The notes below the pieces were generated by a model. That model had not been told where the DNA came from. It searched no databases and saw only the letters and a program-made list of their open reading frames with translations. Shown piece after piece: positions 23,901 to 37,185 of a DNA stretch of 64,000 bases (its first letter is position 1; each line of letters begins with the position of its first letter). The position numbers were made by a program, and so were the translations under genes. The stretch comes from Octopus bimaculoides (taxonomy: Eukaryota): NCBI RefSeq assembly GCF_001194135.2, contig NC_068983.1, positions 114,809,438-114,873,437 of the forward strand. Reading direction: 5' to 3'.

Positions 23901-24775
23901 CAAGCAAGTCCACTTGATGATCAGCCATGTTTCACGCACGCTGCTTCTGGAAAAATTTATCCCTGTCTGATCTAACAGGTTCCCCATTCGCTGGAGAGAA
24001 AGAAGTTGGGAAAAACTATAAGTAACTTGGAAACTTAAGAAGCACAAACAAGTTATTGGTTCTAGCAATAATTGATGATGCAAATATTTAAATGATTTTG
24101 TTGTTGATGCTGATTTTGCTGAAAAACTGCTACTGCTGTAGTTGTTGTTATTACTGATATCAAGTATGGAAATCTTCATCAGAAAATGCTAACATTCTCC
24201 TCCAGTCCACCTATACACATATCAACAAATGTAAGAAGCAGCTGGGTTTATGAGTAAATTGTAAAGAGCTGGTAAAAATAACTTGGGGTGTTTAGTGTAG
24301 TACCTTGTGATTGTAAGTTCAAACCCCAACGACTAAGTAAACTGTCCCATGACTCTGCTAGAGTTGGCATTATTTATCTCTCTCTGAGTTTAGTTTAGTA
24401 GCTCATGATTGTAAGTTCAAACCCTGCTTCTTAGGTTCAGTGAAATACTGATTTCTAACAATAAAATAAGGCTAACACATTTAGAGTAGAGGGGTACAAT
24501 AGGAGAAAAATTGACCCATGTACATTATCTTATTCTTTTATTCTTTTGTTGATTCTTAGACTGTGGCCATGCTGGAGCACTGTTAGTGTTAGGTCAACCT
24601 TCATTGAAAAGACCTATGACCAATGTTATTTCAGCCATGACCATCCTTTCTCTTGTTTTGCCAAGCAATGGACAACATTTTGAAAATAATTCAAAGGAAA
24701 TTTGATTGCTATTTGTAGAAGTAACTGGGCAGCAGTTACTTTGCTGGCTCAGTCTTAATGCCCATTTTATTAACA

Positions 24776-25188
24776 GGCGCAGGAGTGGCTGTGTGGTAAG
24801 TAGCTTGCTTACGAACCACATGGTTCTGGGTTCAGTCCCACTGTGTGGCACCTTGGGCAAGTGTCTTCTACTATAGCCTCGGGCTGACCAAAGCCTTGTG
24901 AGTGGATTTGGTAGACGGAAACTGAAAGAAGCCCGTCGTATGTATATATATATGTGTGTATGTGTGTGTTTGTGTGTCCGTGTTTGTCCCCCAAACATCG
25001 CTTGACAACCGATGCTGGTGTGTTTACGTCCCCGTAACTTAGCAGTTCGGCAAAAGAGACCAATAGAATGAGTACTAGGCTTTCAAAGAATAAATCCTGG
25101 GGTCAATTTGCTCGACTAAAGGCGGTGCTCCAGCATGGCCACAGTCAAAAGACTGAAACAAGTAAAAGAGTAAAAGAGAGTAAAGAGT
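24776..25188 (+). mobile_element. SINE A, full length
   Basis: Complete head, body and aaagagt tail. Confidence 0.92.
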
Positions 25189-27197
25189 ATATAGATATCT
25201 AGATAGACATTTACAGTAGCTATAATAAGCTCTTAAAGAATCACAGAGTTAATCAGATGCAGAATAATCTTCTCCTAGAAAGGGCATCAAGCTATTTCAG
25301 GTAACATTCTCAGATGACCTGGCACCTATTTCCAGAAATTAAGTGAACTCAGGCATGTGAAATTAAGTATACTATCCAAAAAACACATCAAACCACAAGC
25401 AATGGATTTGAACTCATGATCTGTAAGCTATATAGCATAATGCCATAACTATCCAGCCATTTCCTTTCTGATCTTTAAATCAGTATGTCCTTGTTAACTG
25501 ACTGGCCATCATCATGCCATATATGGACAGAGATAAATAAGGCTATTCAACAACACAATACAGTAAGTGTCAATGTAAGTTGGGACATAAGGTCCAATTT
25601 ATTGAATTAGTGCCACATCAGTATACTATTTTAATACAGCTTCTTTAACAATATAGAATAGATAAGTGGTGAGAAAGAATAAAGACATCAATATCATAGA
25701 AGACTATACTTCTTTCTACTGCAATTTTGACATTTTATCAATTAAAATCATGTCAGTCTGTTGTAGCATCTTACCACATTGTCTTCATCCTTGTCCTTTA
25801 ACAATGAAATAATGAGAAATTACATGGACTCTCATTCAGTTTCCTTCGTCCCATTAATTCCTGCCATTCAATAGGAGACCACACATAAGCGCTTTACCAG
25901 GAAGATTTTATGTTTATTATTTACTTTTAACCTGGAAGACTTCATGCTGGATACATAATTTCAGAGAGTGGGGTAAGTGTTTCTACTAGACTTGAAAATG
26001 ATATGATGTGTTTTTATAAATTGCTTGGGCATGGTTGTGTGGTTAAGAAGTTTGTTTTGCAACCATGTCGCTTCCAGTTCAGTCCCACTTCATGGTACCC
26101 CAGGTGTCTTCTTCAATAACCATAGAGCAATAAATGCCTTGTAAGGAAGCCCTTCATGTGTGTATGCATGTGTGTATGTGCATGTGTATGTGTGTGTGTG
26201 TCTGTCTGTCTGTTATGTGCAATAGAAGCAGTACTAGATTAAAATAGCTATCTATGTGACACAATGTAAATACATTGCAAGGCAAGTTTACTGAGGTATT
26301 CATTCAGAGATAGCCGCTTTTATGGACATGCTGTGTTTCAAAGCACAAACTGTTTTGGTGGCAGACAAAAATCATCCAGAAGTGGCAGATGAGAAAGTTC
26401 ACTGTACATTTCTGCCTCATTGTGCTTCATCAGTTGCATGCATTCACTGCCAACCACATGCTAAGATGAAATCCATCATTGCTGATATGGGAAAATAGTG
26501 ATAGAAGAATCATGAGCTATTTTAATCTAATACTGCAACCAGAAATTCCTCCAAATCTGGGCAATGTAGACCTTGATATTTAAAAAGGACAAAGTGAACA
26601 TTGCTAGATTGGTTTTCATCAAAGATCTGCTAAGTCATAGCCAACTTGGCGCTGAATGACAACATACATCAGTCGGTGCTCATAGATAAAAAAGCTCAGT
26701 CTGACACATTACAATAGATTTCTGCATTAGAAGTACATAAATACATCCAATTTGTAATTGTAGTTATTCTGCCTCCAATATAATCCTTCTACACTTCCAC
26801 AACAACAACAACAACAACACAAACACAAAAAGACCACTACAGCCTATTTAAAAGCATAATCAAAGCTCACTTTGCTTGAAGAAAGAAATTGCAATATGTA
26901 ATTATATTTCCATTTCAAACCCAAACATTAAACATTAATCATGTTGTAACTAATTTACTTACAGCACTCATTAGTGACAAAACAGTTACTGTTGTGACCT
27001 ACATAAAGCGATTGTTAGCGGATGTGAGTTCAAACTCAACACACACACACACAAAGTCACCTACACATAAACACAAACATACGTAGATGCAAGTACAACA
27101 AGAAGGTGTGTTTTCAAAGTTAGTCATAATTAGACAGAAATTGGTGACTGGGCCTTTTATGTATGGGTGTGCATGGTAGGATGTATATGTGCTTGCT

Positions 27198-27271
<74 letters not shown>

Positions 27272-27342
27272 GATATATATATATATATATATATATACAT
27301 ATTACATATTTATCACTTTCGATAATATATATTATGTGTATG

Positions 27343-27380
<38 letters not shown>

Positions 27381-27560
27381 TGCACATACATACATGTGTA
27401 TATATATATATANNNNNNNNNNNNNNNNNNNNNNNNNNNNNNNNNNNNNNNNNNNNNNNNNNNNNNNNNNNNNNNNNNNNNNNNNNNNNNNNNNNNNNNN
27501 NNNNNNNNNNNNNNNNNNNNNNNNNNNNNNNNNNNNNNNNNNNNNNNNNNATATATATAC

Positions 27561-27595
<35 letters not shown>

Positions 27596-27720
27596 CATAT
27601 ATACACACACACATATATATATTGTATAAAGGATCATTGGTAAGGCCAGAACAATGTGAAGTAAATGGAAGGCTAATCACAAGAAAACAAATATATGAAT
27701 TATTGTAGACTTACCTAGTA

Positions 27721-27757
27721 TTCAATATTTCGAGGTTATGACCTCATTTTCAAGAAA
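27721..27757 (-). ncRNA. Minimal hammerhead-like motif, U3-A8 variant
   Basis: ttc TTGAAAA t GAGG tcataa CCTC GAAA ta TT gaa. Confidence 0.5.
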
Positions 27758-28048
27758 TTAACGAATGTTGACGATGTGCATGCATGTGAGCGTGTGTGGA
27801 GTGGACATGCGAGGAAAAAAGAAACATGAAGAAACATCTACAGAAATGCCAGACCCGGGAATTCACAGTGCACATCATGGCAACACAGCAGAACAGGGGC
27901 AACCTTAGAATCTCTGAGGCCATCCTCATACACCAAAAGAAACCTAAGCTCAACAACAGAAGAGAGTTACAAGAAGCTAGCTGGTTGCTATAGCAACACC
28001 TTTCCTTGAATGTCCACTCCACACACGCAAATCATCAACATTCATTAA

Positions 28049-28085
28049 TTTCTTGAAAATGGGGTCATAACCCCGAAATATTGAA
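28049..28085 (+). ncRNA. Minimal hammerhead-like motif, U3-A8 variant
   Basis: ttc TTGAAAA t GGGG tcataa CCCC GAAA ta TT gaa. Confidence 0.5.
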
Positions 28086-28349
28086 TACAAGGTAAGTCTA
28101 CATTAATTCATATATTTGTTTTCTTGTGATTTGCCTTGCATTTACTTTGCATTGTTCTGGCCCTACCCATAATCCTTTATACAATATATTCTACACAATG
28201 CTTCATAGTAATTATTCCATATATANNNNNNNNNNNNNNNNNNNNNNNNNNNNNNNNNNNNNNNNNNNNNNNNNNNNNNNNNNNNNNNNNNNNNNNNNNN
28301 NNNNNNNNNNNNNNNNNNNNNNNNNNNNNNNNNNNNNNNNNNNNNNNNN

Positions 28350-28825
28350 ATACACGCATATATGGGTACAGGACATCACAAAAAACATTAAACACAATGA
28401 GAAATGAAAACATAAAGACGAAGAGATAGAAAACGAACTTTTTTTCGAACAACGAAAAAAACAAACAGAGGAACGAGACATGCAACATAAAAAGTATTAC
28501 CCTTCTTCAGTTATCCCTGTTCTATCTACTCCGCATTTTGTTCTCACTGTCCTGTTCTTGTTTACACTTTCACCGTCCGCAAAATTTTAATTAATTTGCT
28601 TGCGGGAAGGACTAACGAAGTCGCGTATTGTCCTTGCCTTCGAAACATGGAGTAGATGAAACAGGGACAACTGATGTAGGGTAATATGCTTTATATTGTA
28701 TGTCTCGTTCCTCTGTTTTTTCCGTTGTTCGAAAAAAAGGTTCGTTTTCTGTCTTCGTCATTATGTTTTCGTTTCTCATTGTGTTTAACATTTTTTGTGA
28801 TGTCCTGTACCCATAAACGCTTGTA
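28350..28825. repeat. Long inverted repeat, ~180-bp arms and ~116-bp spacer
   Basis: 28350-28532 is the reverse complement of 28649-28825, with scattered mismatches and indels. Confidence 0.9.
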
Positions 28826-29162
28826 TGTATACATATAGATGTCGGTATGTACATATATTTATGGATATATGCATATATTTATATATTATTTATGTTATTA
28901 TATGATCGAATGCCACGCATTGCCTCCAAGTAAGTTTTATCTTATATATATATATAAGCATAATGCAAACTGTTTATGAATGAAAGAGAAATTTTTATTT
29001 GTTTAAATGATCTAAAGTTTATACATAAAAATTTGAAGTTTCATAAAATAATTATAGATAGTAACAATATAGCCTACCTCCATCTCCACACCACTCCCAA
29101 AATTGAAAACCATTACGGTTTATTTTTTCGTTTTTTTTTTCATAATTTTAATATTTGATATT

Positions 29163-29618
29163 TGTATTGTTGGCACTCAGTCGCTTACGACATCGAGGGT
29201 TCCAGTCGATCTGATCAACGGAACAGCCTGCTCGTGAAATTAACGTGTAAGTGGCCGAGCAATCCACAGACACATGTACCCTTAATGTAGTTCTCGGGGA
29301 TATTCAGTGTGACACAGTGTGACAAGGCTGACCCTTTGAATTGCAGGCACAACAGAAACAGGAAGTAAGAGTGAGAGAAAGTTGTGGTGAAAGAGTACAG
29401 CAGGGTTCGCCACCATCCCCTGCCGGAGCCTCGTGGAGCTTTAGGTGTTTTCGCTCANNNNNNNNNNNNNNNNNNNNNNNNNNNNNNNNNNNNNNNNNNN
29501 NNNNNNNNNNNNNNNNNNNNNGCTCAATAAACACTCACAACGCCCGGTCTGGGAATCGAAACCGTGATTCTATGACCGCGAGTCCACTGCCCTAACCACT
29601 GGGCCATTGCGCCTCCAC
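29163..29618 (-). mobile_element. SINE B with 10-bp TSD (contains a gap)
   Basis: TSD atttgatatt at 29153-29162 and 29619-29628. Confidence 0.88.
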
Positions 29619-30041
29619 ATTTGATATTATATTCTAAGTAAATGAAAATGACTAATAACTATTTTTGTTTATTTCATCAAATAATGTGATGGGTAAACAA
29701 AAACAGCTGGTCATCATTAAGAGACTTGTTTATTCTGCATAAGCTGAAATGGATTTTTCAAGCAACAGATACTGAACATCAAACTTCAGCCTCTGAACAC
29801 CTTCAGTATAAACTGGTGGCTGATCTGATTGACTTATCTTTGATCAGAAGGGGGGGGGGGGAAACAACAACCTGAGCAGATGGGTTGATACATTTATATA
29901 TTTGCCATTTGTCACTAAAGAACAAGAAAATGGCCACTGCTGATATTTGGAATGATGTGTTGGAGAAATACTGATTGCAAATGTTAATCTCAGTTGAGAT
30001 AGCCTGCATTTAACTGAAAAATTAACTGTTGTTTGTATGTG

Positions 30042-30325
30042 ACGGTACATGGCTTAGTGGTTAGGGGTATTCTGCTCATGATTGTAAGATCATGAGTTAA
30101 ATTCCTGGCAACGTGTTGCTTCCTTGAGCAAGACGCTTCATTTCACACTGCTCTAGTCCACTCAGCTGGCAAAAGATGTGTAATACTTGTATTTCAAAGG
30201 GCCAGCCTTGTCACGTTCTGTGTCATCATGAATCTCCTTGTGTCTGTGGAGTGCTCAGCCACTTGCAAGTTAATTTTATGAGCAGGCTGTTCTATTGATT
30301 GGATCAACTGGAGCCCATGTTGTCA
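30042..30325 (+). mobile_element. Diverged SINE sharing the 3' part of family B
   Basis: tRNA-like head tggcttagtggttagg; 3' part gagcaggctgtt...gatcaactggagccc. Confidence 0.7.
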
Positions 30326-30633
30326 TAACTGGCAGAATACCATGTTTTTGTTTTTTTAACTGTTGTTCATGATACAAGCAGGAGACATGAGATCTGTGTA
30401 CTGTGATACAAATGGCAAGATGTAGATGGATGTAGCCTGGAGAATTGAAATGACAGACTTCAGGTTTGAGAGAGCTAGCATTGTTGTAATGGCTATCCAA
30501 CAAGTATTTCCTAAACAGTCAACCAGCAACCAACTAGGTTTTTCCAATATAAAATAAGCTGCAATTAATTTTCTGGATAAACATGGGCACCCCGGTAAGG
30601 ATAAATAATCAAGTGAATATGATGACTGTGTAA

Positions 30634-30676
<43 letters not shown>

Positions 30677-31050
30677 GGTGCATAATATATTATGAGAGTA
30701 TAAGAAGCATAAGTCTATATTTGTATATAAATTGGTAACGTGTTTTATGTCCCACCATACTATAATGTTAAAGTATTTAATGATAAGTGCTCTGGTATAA
30801 AAATGAAGTTTAAGAGTTTTGTGGAGAGTAAATTGAGGCTTCTGACTTTACCCAAAGCAGAAAAGACACAGTTTTCTCAGTTAGAAGAGCTTATAATCTT
30901 TTCAGTCTTTCTCCCGTTAGTAAGGTTAACATGATTGACATTCAGCTATAACTCCTATAAGTCAATATGAATAAAGAAAATGAAGGAAAGTATTTCTAGA
31001 AGACTGCAGCTTCAGGAAGGAATCAAAGAAGGACTGGTCAAAATGTTTAA

Positions 31051-31272
31051 CCCTTTAGCACTTCAACCAACCATATCAGGCCAAAATACTCTACCTGGTC
31101 TTATGTTCAAAACTGGTCAGATCCAGCCTCCCATACCTACCCTACAATGTCATTCTAAAAATATAGAATCGCATCATTGAAATATTGAAGCTATGAGATA
31201 ATACATCATTAATTCAAAACAATGTGAATGAATAAGCATTGCTTTTGACAGAGTAACCTGAATGCTAAAGAG
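31051..31272. mobile_element. TTAA MITE family 2, complete (222 bp)
   Basis: TTAA|CCCTTTAGCA ... TGCTAAAGAG|TTAA. Confidence 0.85.
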
Positions 31273-31573
31273 TTAATACAAAATTTGCAAGGGTGAAAAA
31301 TACAGTATTTGATGGTATAAAAGATGAACACTCCAATTTAAGCAGCTTATATAATCAGGAAAAGCAGCTTTTAGGGCATTAAACCTTGGGAGACCCAACT
31401 TTGCATATAGGATCTAGGGTGACATTTTTGAGACAGATTTTTAAAATTATTATTTGAAAGACAGTATGTTTTATTTGCCATCAAATATGGTAGAAAACAT
31501 AGAAATAATGTGAAGCAGCAAGGAAAGGATATTAAATGCCAATCTCATACTGAGAGAAAGAACAAAAGAAAAG

Positions 31574-31577
<4 letters not shown>

Positions 31578-31640
<63 letters not shown>

Positions 31641-31733
31641 NNNNNNNNNNNNNNNNNNNNNNNNNNNNNNNNNNNNNNNNNNNNNNNNNNNNNNNNNNNN
31701 NNNNNNNNNNNNNNNNNNNNNNNNNNNNNNNNN

Positions 31734-31782
<49 letters not shown>
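31578..31782. repeat. (GA)n microsatellite with a gap
   Basis: Directly visible. Confidence 0.95.
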
Positions 31783-31784
<2 letters not shown>

Positions 31785-32502
31785 CATGGCTTGCTGGTTC
31801 AGAGGTGAAGAAAACTACAATGGATACTGTTAGAACAGACAACAGATAGAATGCAATGGCATTGTAATATATTGGTGAGTCATCTATAATGTATATTACA
31901 GATGGTTTGGTGTGTGTGTGTATATACTGCTAAATGTATATGTAATCCAACGTGAAAATGTTTTTAAACGGGTATAACTTTTAATGTATTAATTGATTAA
32001 TATTTTACAGATGATTATTTACCCTGGGTATTCAGGCTCTGATTTTCTTTATAAGCTATTTTCAATTTCAGGTTTTCTTTGATTTTTTATAATAAGAAGA
32101 TGTTTTTATACCACAATTTGTTCATTGCATGCAACCGTCATGAAAAAGACTGTTAGCTGAAAGGACCAATGAAACAAAGCCATTTTCAAATGTGTATCCA
32201 TTAAACTAATTGTATATTTTTGCTTATCTAAACAAAACTGTCCAATGAAAGGGAACGTGAAACTCTGATTAACAGTTTTTGTGATATTTTTGCTGCTTTT
32301 TAATAAGGCATATTACTCTACCTCTGGTATTTGAGTACTATTTTTTCCACCTTGTTTCGCATTCATGTTCATACTCTGGTATATATATATATATACACAT
32401 ACATACACACACACACACACTCTCACACATATACATATGTACATACACATATTAACATACACAAACACACACACATACATACAACTATATATTATATAGA
32501 TT

Positions 32503-32538
<36 letters not shown>

Positions 32539-32913
32539 ACTTTGGAGAACATTTTCAGCATTCTCTGGAATACTGTTTTGGAAATAAGTCTTCCCATACA
32601 TCATTGCTTTTCTTCTGGTGTTTTTGGCGGTTGGCGAGTGCTTGGCTTGGACAAGTGTCAAAAACATGTTCCAGCGTGTTTTTCCTCTCGCTTTACTTTC
32701 TTTGATCTGCTGGAAAACTGTGGTATGAAACCTTTGCCAAGCCTGCAACCCTTTTAGATTCCTACCATGGTTCTTTAGTTTTTAAAACTGGAAGTTGGGC
32801 CAATTGAAGGTGTAGAACTTGGTGAATTCTTACTCTGATTTATGTGTCAGTTATTTCCCACCTGAATGGTGGTGTACATTGGTTGTCTATAATTGTGACT
32901 GCATCCATACGTT

Positions 32914-32960
<47 letters not shown>

Positions 32961-33404
32961 ATTAATGCTATGTGGCGAAAGAGGGGTTTCTTTTGTATTA
33001 TTTGTTTTTCTCCTAATGCATTGGTATGTAGAATGGGACAATTCCATAGCTTTTGCTCTTTAAAGCAATTTAAAATTTAATAGCATGTCTACTTGTTTAT
33101 TAATATTGTTCTTTATCAATTTTGCACATAGCTTTCATATGAAAAATCGCACGCACACTCGCACGCATGCACACACACATATAAAAGGTCAGAAGCATAC
33201 ACACAACACGTGATCATTGTAGAGTAGGTGCTTAACTGTTATTGCATCCTAACTGATGATTTTATCATATTTCCCAATGTTAGTTATTCTGTGTACAATG
33301 TTTGTGAAAAGAGAACTTGTAGACATACATCAACTGGAATATGATAAATTAGATAAATTATTCAGTGGTATCAACAAACAGTGAACATAAATATATGAAG
33401 GAAA

Positions 33405-33745
33405 CACACTGACTGGTACATAAAAAGCACCCTTCGAATGTTGGGTCTCACAGAGGCAATAATAAGTAACTGAGACCTTTGGCAATACGCCATGCCTGAG
33501 AAGACCTGTCAAGCCAGGTGAAATCATAGTCATGGCTGATACCAGTGTCACGTAACCCATGCCAATGGCATGTAAAAAGGACCTAGTACAATCTTGGAGT
33601 GGTTGGCATTAGGAAGGGCATGCAGCCGTAGAAACCATGCCAAATTAGATTGGAATCTGGTGCAGCCCTCCAGCTTCCCAGTTTCAGTCAAACCGTCTAA
33701 CCCATATGTCAGCATGGAAAGCAGACACTAAATGATGATGATGAA
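33405..33745 (+). mobile_element. RTE 3' end (ORF2 end, UTR and tail), diverged
   Basis: ccttcgaatgttgggtctcacagaggcaa...gagaagacc matches 44193-44270 and is followed by the standard tail. Confidence 0.8.
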
Positions 33746-34158
33746 GCAAACTGCACACAACTTTAAAAAATAATTTCCATTCTACATAAATCAATGGTTT
33801 GACATTCTGACCACATATCATAAATAGTAAACTGCTTCCAGGCCAAAAATGCTTTAGCTCTAAAAATTTGCTGGCACTCTTGTATCACAGAACTGCTTTT
33901 ATCTCATGGACAGTATATCTGTAGCAAAGACAAACAAATGAGTGGCAACATACATGATTCCTTTTGGCACAGTTCGTGATTGAACATTTAATTCCAAAAC
34001 GTAACTGCTTTGAGATGATGCTTCCATAACAAGTTTTCATCTGCCCTATTATAGCATGGAAAAACTGATGTTATTTGAATCCAAATGAACACATGAATAT
34101 TTGAATGCATGTGTACATGTACACATGTGTGTGTATGTGTAGAAGTATGTAAATATAT

Positions 34159-34228
34159 ATCTCCACTAACGGTGGAGATGATTTTAATAAATCATCTCCA
34201 CTAATGGTGGAGATGATTTTAATAAATC
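34159..34228. repeat. 35-bp tandem duplication of a double-hairpin unit
   Basis: atctccactaa(c/t)ggtggagatgattttaataaatc, two copies. Confidence 0.9.
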
Positions 34229-34650
34229 AAGAATCTATATTGTAAGGTGTTTGATATACCTGTATTTGTCAAATTTTATATATATGTGTATGTATATATA
34301 TTTGTGTTCTTTTTGCAGCAATAAGACTATTTTAACTCTTATTTCTAGCAATGTAGGTACTTTGGTACCCTTAGTGACAACTGAATTTTTCCTTTATGAT
34401 ATCACATTGCACCTGGCTGTTTATATTAATTCATATATCATCATCATCATCATCATTGTTTAATGTCCACTTTCCATGCTAGCATGGGTTGGACAAAGCA
34501 GAGCGGTTGTTGTAACTGACTAAAGGACAAAAGTATCCATATTTACTATCGGGATCAATTACCTGTCCTACCCCTGGGCATGGCTATGTAGGTACACTAT
34601 GCTCATAGGGTACAGATAACAGAGTCAGCAAAAGTTTATCAGGAATCAAA

Positions 34651-34853
34651 TTTAAATAATCAAAACATGGAGAAAAATTTTGATCAACAAACAAACAAAT
34701 TGGACCAGATCTGTAGACTATTTTTTAATACAAATAACATTTCTATGGCATAGAAATGTTATGTCATGTTTTGTATTAAAAAATAATCAACAGATGTGGT
34801 CCAATTTGTTTGTTTGTTGATCAAAAATTTTCTCTATTTTCTGATTATTTAAA
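34651..34853. repeat. ~200-bp near-palindrome
   Basis: Centre taacatttctatg-g-catagaaatgtta; the arms pair out to tttaaataatca / tgattatttaaa. Confidence 0.9.
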
Positions 34854-36020
34854 CTTATATATATATATATATATATATATATCTTTATCTTATGATATTT
34901 ACTTTGTATTATATTATACCCATTTATTGTACTTTTAATTATTAATTTTTCTATATGTGACAGTGGATTTTCATCGATGAGTTCATGAACCTTGGTTCTT
35001 TTCCCTAAAACTATATATTTATATATATTTTACTCTATAAAGCTCAATTTAATTTTAATTTTTTATAAATTGATTTTAATTGAGTTTTTACCTGTAATTT
35101 TGGATTTTGTCCCTAATATTATTATATATATATATTCCACTGGCCACTTTGAGTTATTTTCTTAACACATTTCTGTTTAATTTATGCAAATTATCAGGTC
35201 ATAAATGCCTTCCACTCTTTTTTTTTGTATGTGTCTGTGTCAATTATCTACTGTAGACAATGTAGGGCAAATATCATACTGATGACATCTATTAAGGCAG
35301 AAACATGTATCCACAAGTGTTCTTCTCTCTCCAGACAGTAAGCCTATCCTTGTCTTCAATGGCATGTCAGCTTGAGACTATTTCTCCTTTTCATATGGAG
35401 CTGGGCTTGATTGCTGTTTAGTAATTGTGACACATCCCCAAGCGGTGCAGATAATTCTAATTAATTCTAATTAATTAAGAAGTTATGTTGTGTGATATTT
35501 GATATACTTCAATTTGTCTATGTGTATGTATGACTGAGTTTATGTTTACTAGGATCACTTTTTCTGAAGAATAATTTAATAAATCAATAAATAGAATTGC
35601 ACCAGATTGAAACAAGTGCTATGGCTAATATGATTGGCCAAAACCCTTGCTAGAAAGGCTTTAGCATGGCCACAGTTCTATGACTGAAAAGATGGAATTA
35701 AAAGGAAAAGGAACACACATACACAAATACATACATATCGTTTCTATTATGCAAAAGTCCAAAACATTGCTTTTTCAGAAAATGAAATGATAGTTTCACC
35801 ATTCCATAGCAAAATTGTTGTCCTAGAATTTGACAATTTTTGATATCTTGGCATCTGAAGCAGCTGGAGGTACAATAGTTTGACCAAAAGAACTGGCTAT
35901 TGCAAGCAAAAAATAAATATTGAAAGAAAAAATGCATTTGGCTAAATTTGGAGATACGAAAGTTTAATATAACAGTAATGATATGGATTTACATATAAGT
36001 GTGTATGTATGTACATGTAA

Positions 36021-36400
36021 CTGGCACTCCATCGCTTACGACGTCGAGGGTTCCAGTTGATCCGATCAACGGAACACCCTGCTCGTGAAATTAACGTGCA
36101 AGTGGCTGAGCACTCCACAGACACGTGTACACTTAACGTAGTTCTCGGGGATATTCAGCGTGACACAGTGTGACAAGGCTGACCCTTTGAATTACAGGCA
36201 CAACAGAAACAGGAAGTAAGAGTGAGAGAAAGTTGTGGTGGAAGAGTACAGCAGGGTTCGCCACCATCCTCTGCCGGAGCCTCGTGGAGATTTAGGTGTT
36301 TTCGCTCAATAAACACTCACAACGCCTGGTCTGGGAATCGAAACCGCGATTCTATGACCACGAGTCTGCTGCCCTAACCAGTGGGCCATTGCGCCTCCAC
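36021..36400 (-). mobile_element. SINE B, full length
   Basis: Closely similar to 18034-18420. Confidence 0.9.
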
Positions 36401-36769
36401 ATATATACATATTATATATATACACACATACACATACACACACATATACATATACAAACACACATACACACACATATATATACACACACATGTATATATA
36501 CATGCACATGTATATACACACGTACACACACACACATATTTCATTTCAATCACTGGACTGTGGTTATGCTGGAGCACCTCCTTGAGGGGTTTTAGCTGAA
36601 TCAATCAATCATAGTATTTATTCTTTAAAGCATGATACTTGTATTGGTCTTTTCCTTTGCCAAACTGCTGTTATGGGGATGTAAACAAACAAACATCAGT
36701 TGTGAAGCTTTGGTATACATACATAAATAGATATAGACAGAAAAATTCACTGGAGTGGCTGTGTGATAA

Positions 36770-37185
36770 GGCGTAGGAGTGGCTGTGTGGTAAGTAGCTT
36801 GCTTACCAACCACATGGTTCCGGGTTCAATCCCACTGCATGGCACCTTGGGCAAGTGTCTTCTACTATAGCCTCGGGCTGACCAAAGCCTTGTGAGTGGA
36901 TTTGGTAGACGGAAACTGAAAGAAGCCCGTCGTATATATGTATATGTATATATATGTGTGTGCGTGTTTGTGTGTCTGTGTTTGTGTCCCCTCCCCCCAA
37001 CATCGCTTGACAACTGATGCTGGTGTGTTTACGTCCCCGTAACTTAGCGGTTTGGCAAAAGAGATCGATAGAATTAGTACTAGGCTTACAAAGAATAAGT
37101 CCTGGGGTCGATTTGCTCGACTATAGGCGGTGCTCCAGCATGGTCACAGTCAAATGACTGAAACAAATAAAAGAGTAAAAAGAGA
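36770..37185 (+). mobile_element. SINE A, full length, preceded by a duplicated head piece
   Basis: ggagtggctgtgtgataa at 36752-36769, then the complete element. Confidence 0.9.

Larger units (their letters stand above)
27614..28189 (+). mobile_element. Penelope-like remnant: inverted terminal repeats around a GIY-YIG C-terminus
   Basis: Arms 27614-27775 and 28031-28189 are reverse complements. The spacer encodes KHLQKC..FTVHIMA...LRISEAILIHQKKPKLN, typical of the end of the PLE endonuclease. Donor-like caagGTAAGT at 28092. Confidence 0.8.

Noticed and set aside
32485-32830. Coding-looking stretch, possibly a THAP or transposase remnant
   Set aside because: No diagnostic motif spacing could be confirmed in any frame.
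35277-35312. ctgatga...gaaacatgta hammerhead-like string
   Set aside because: Stems I and II do not pair properly; at best a decayed PLE motif.
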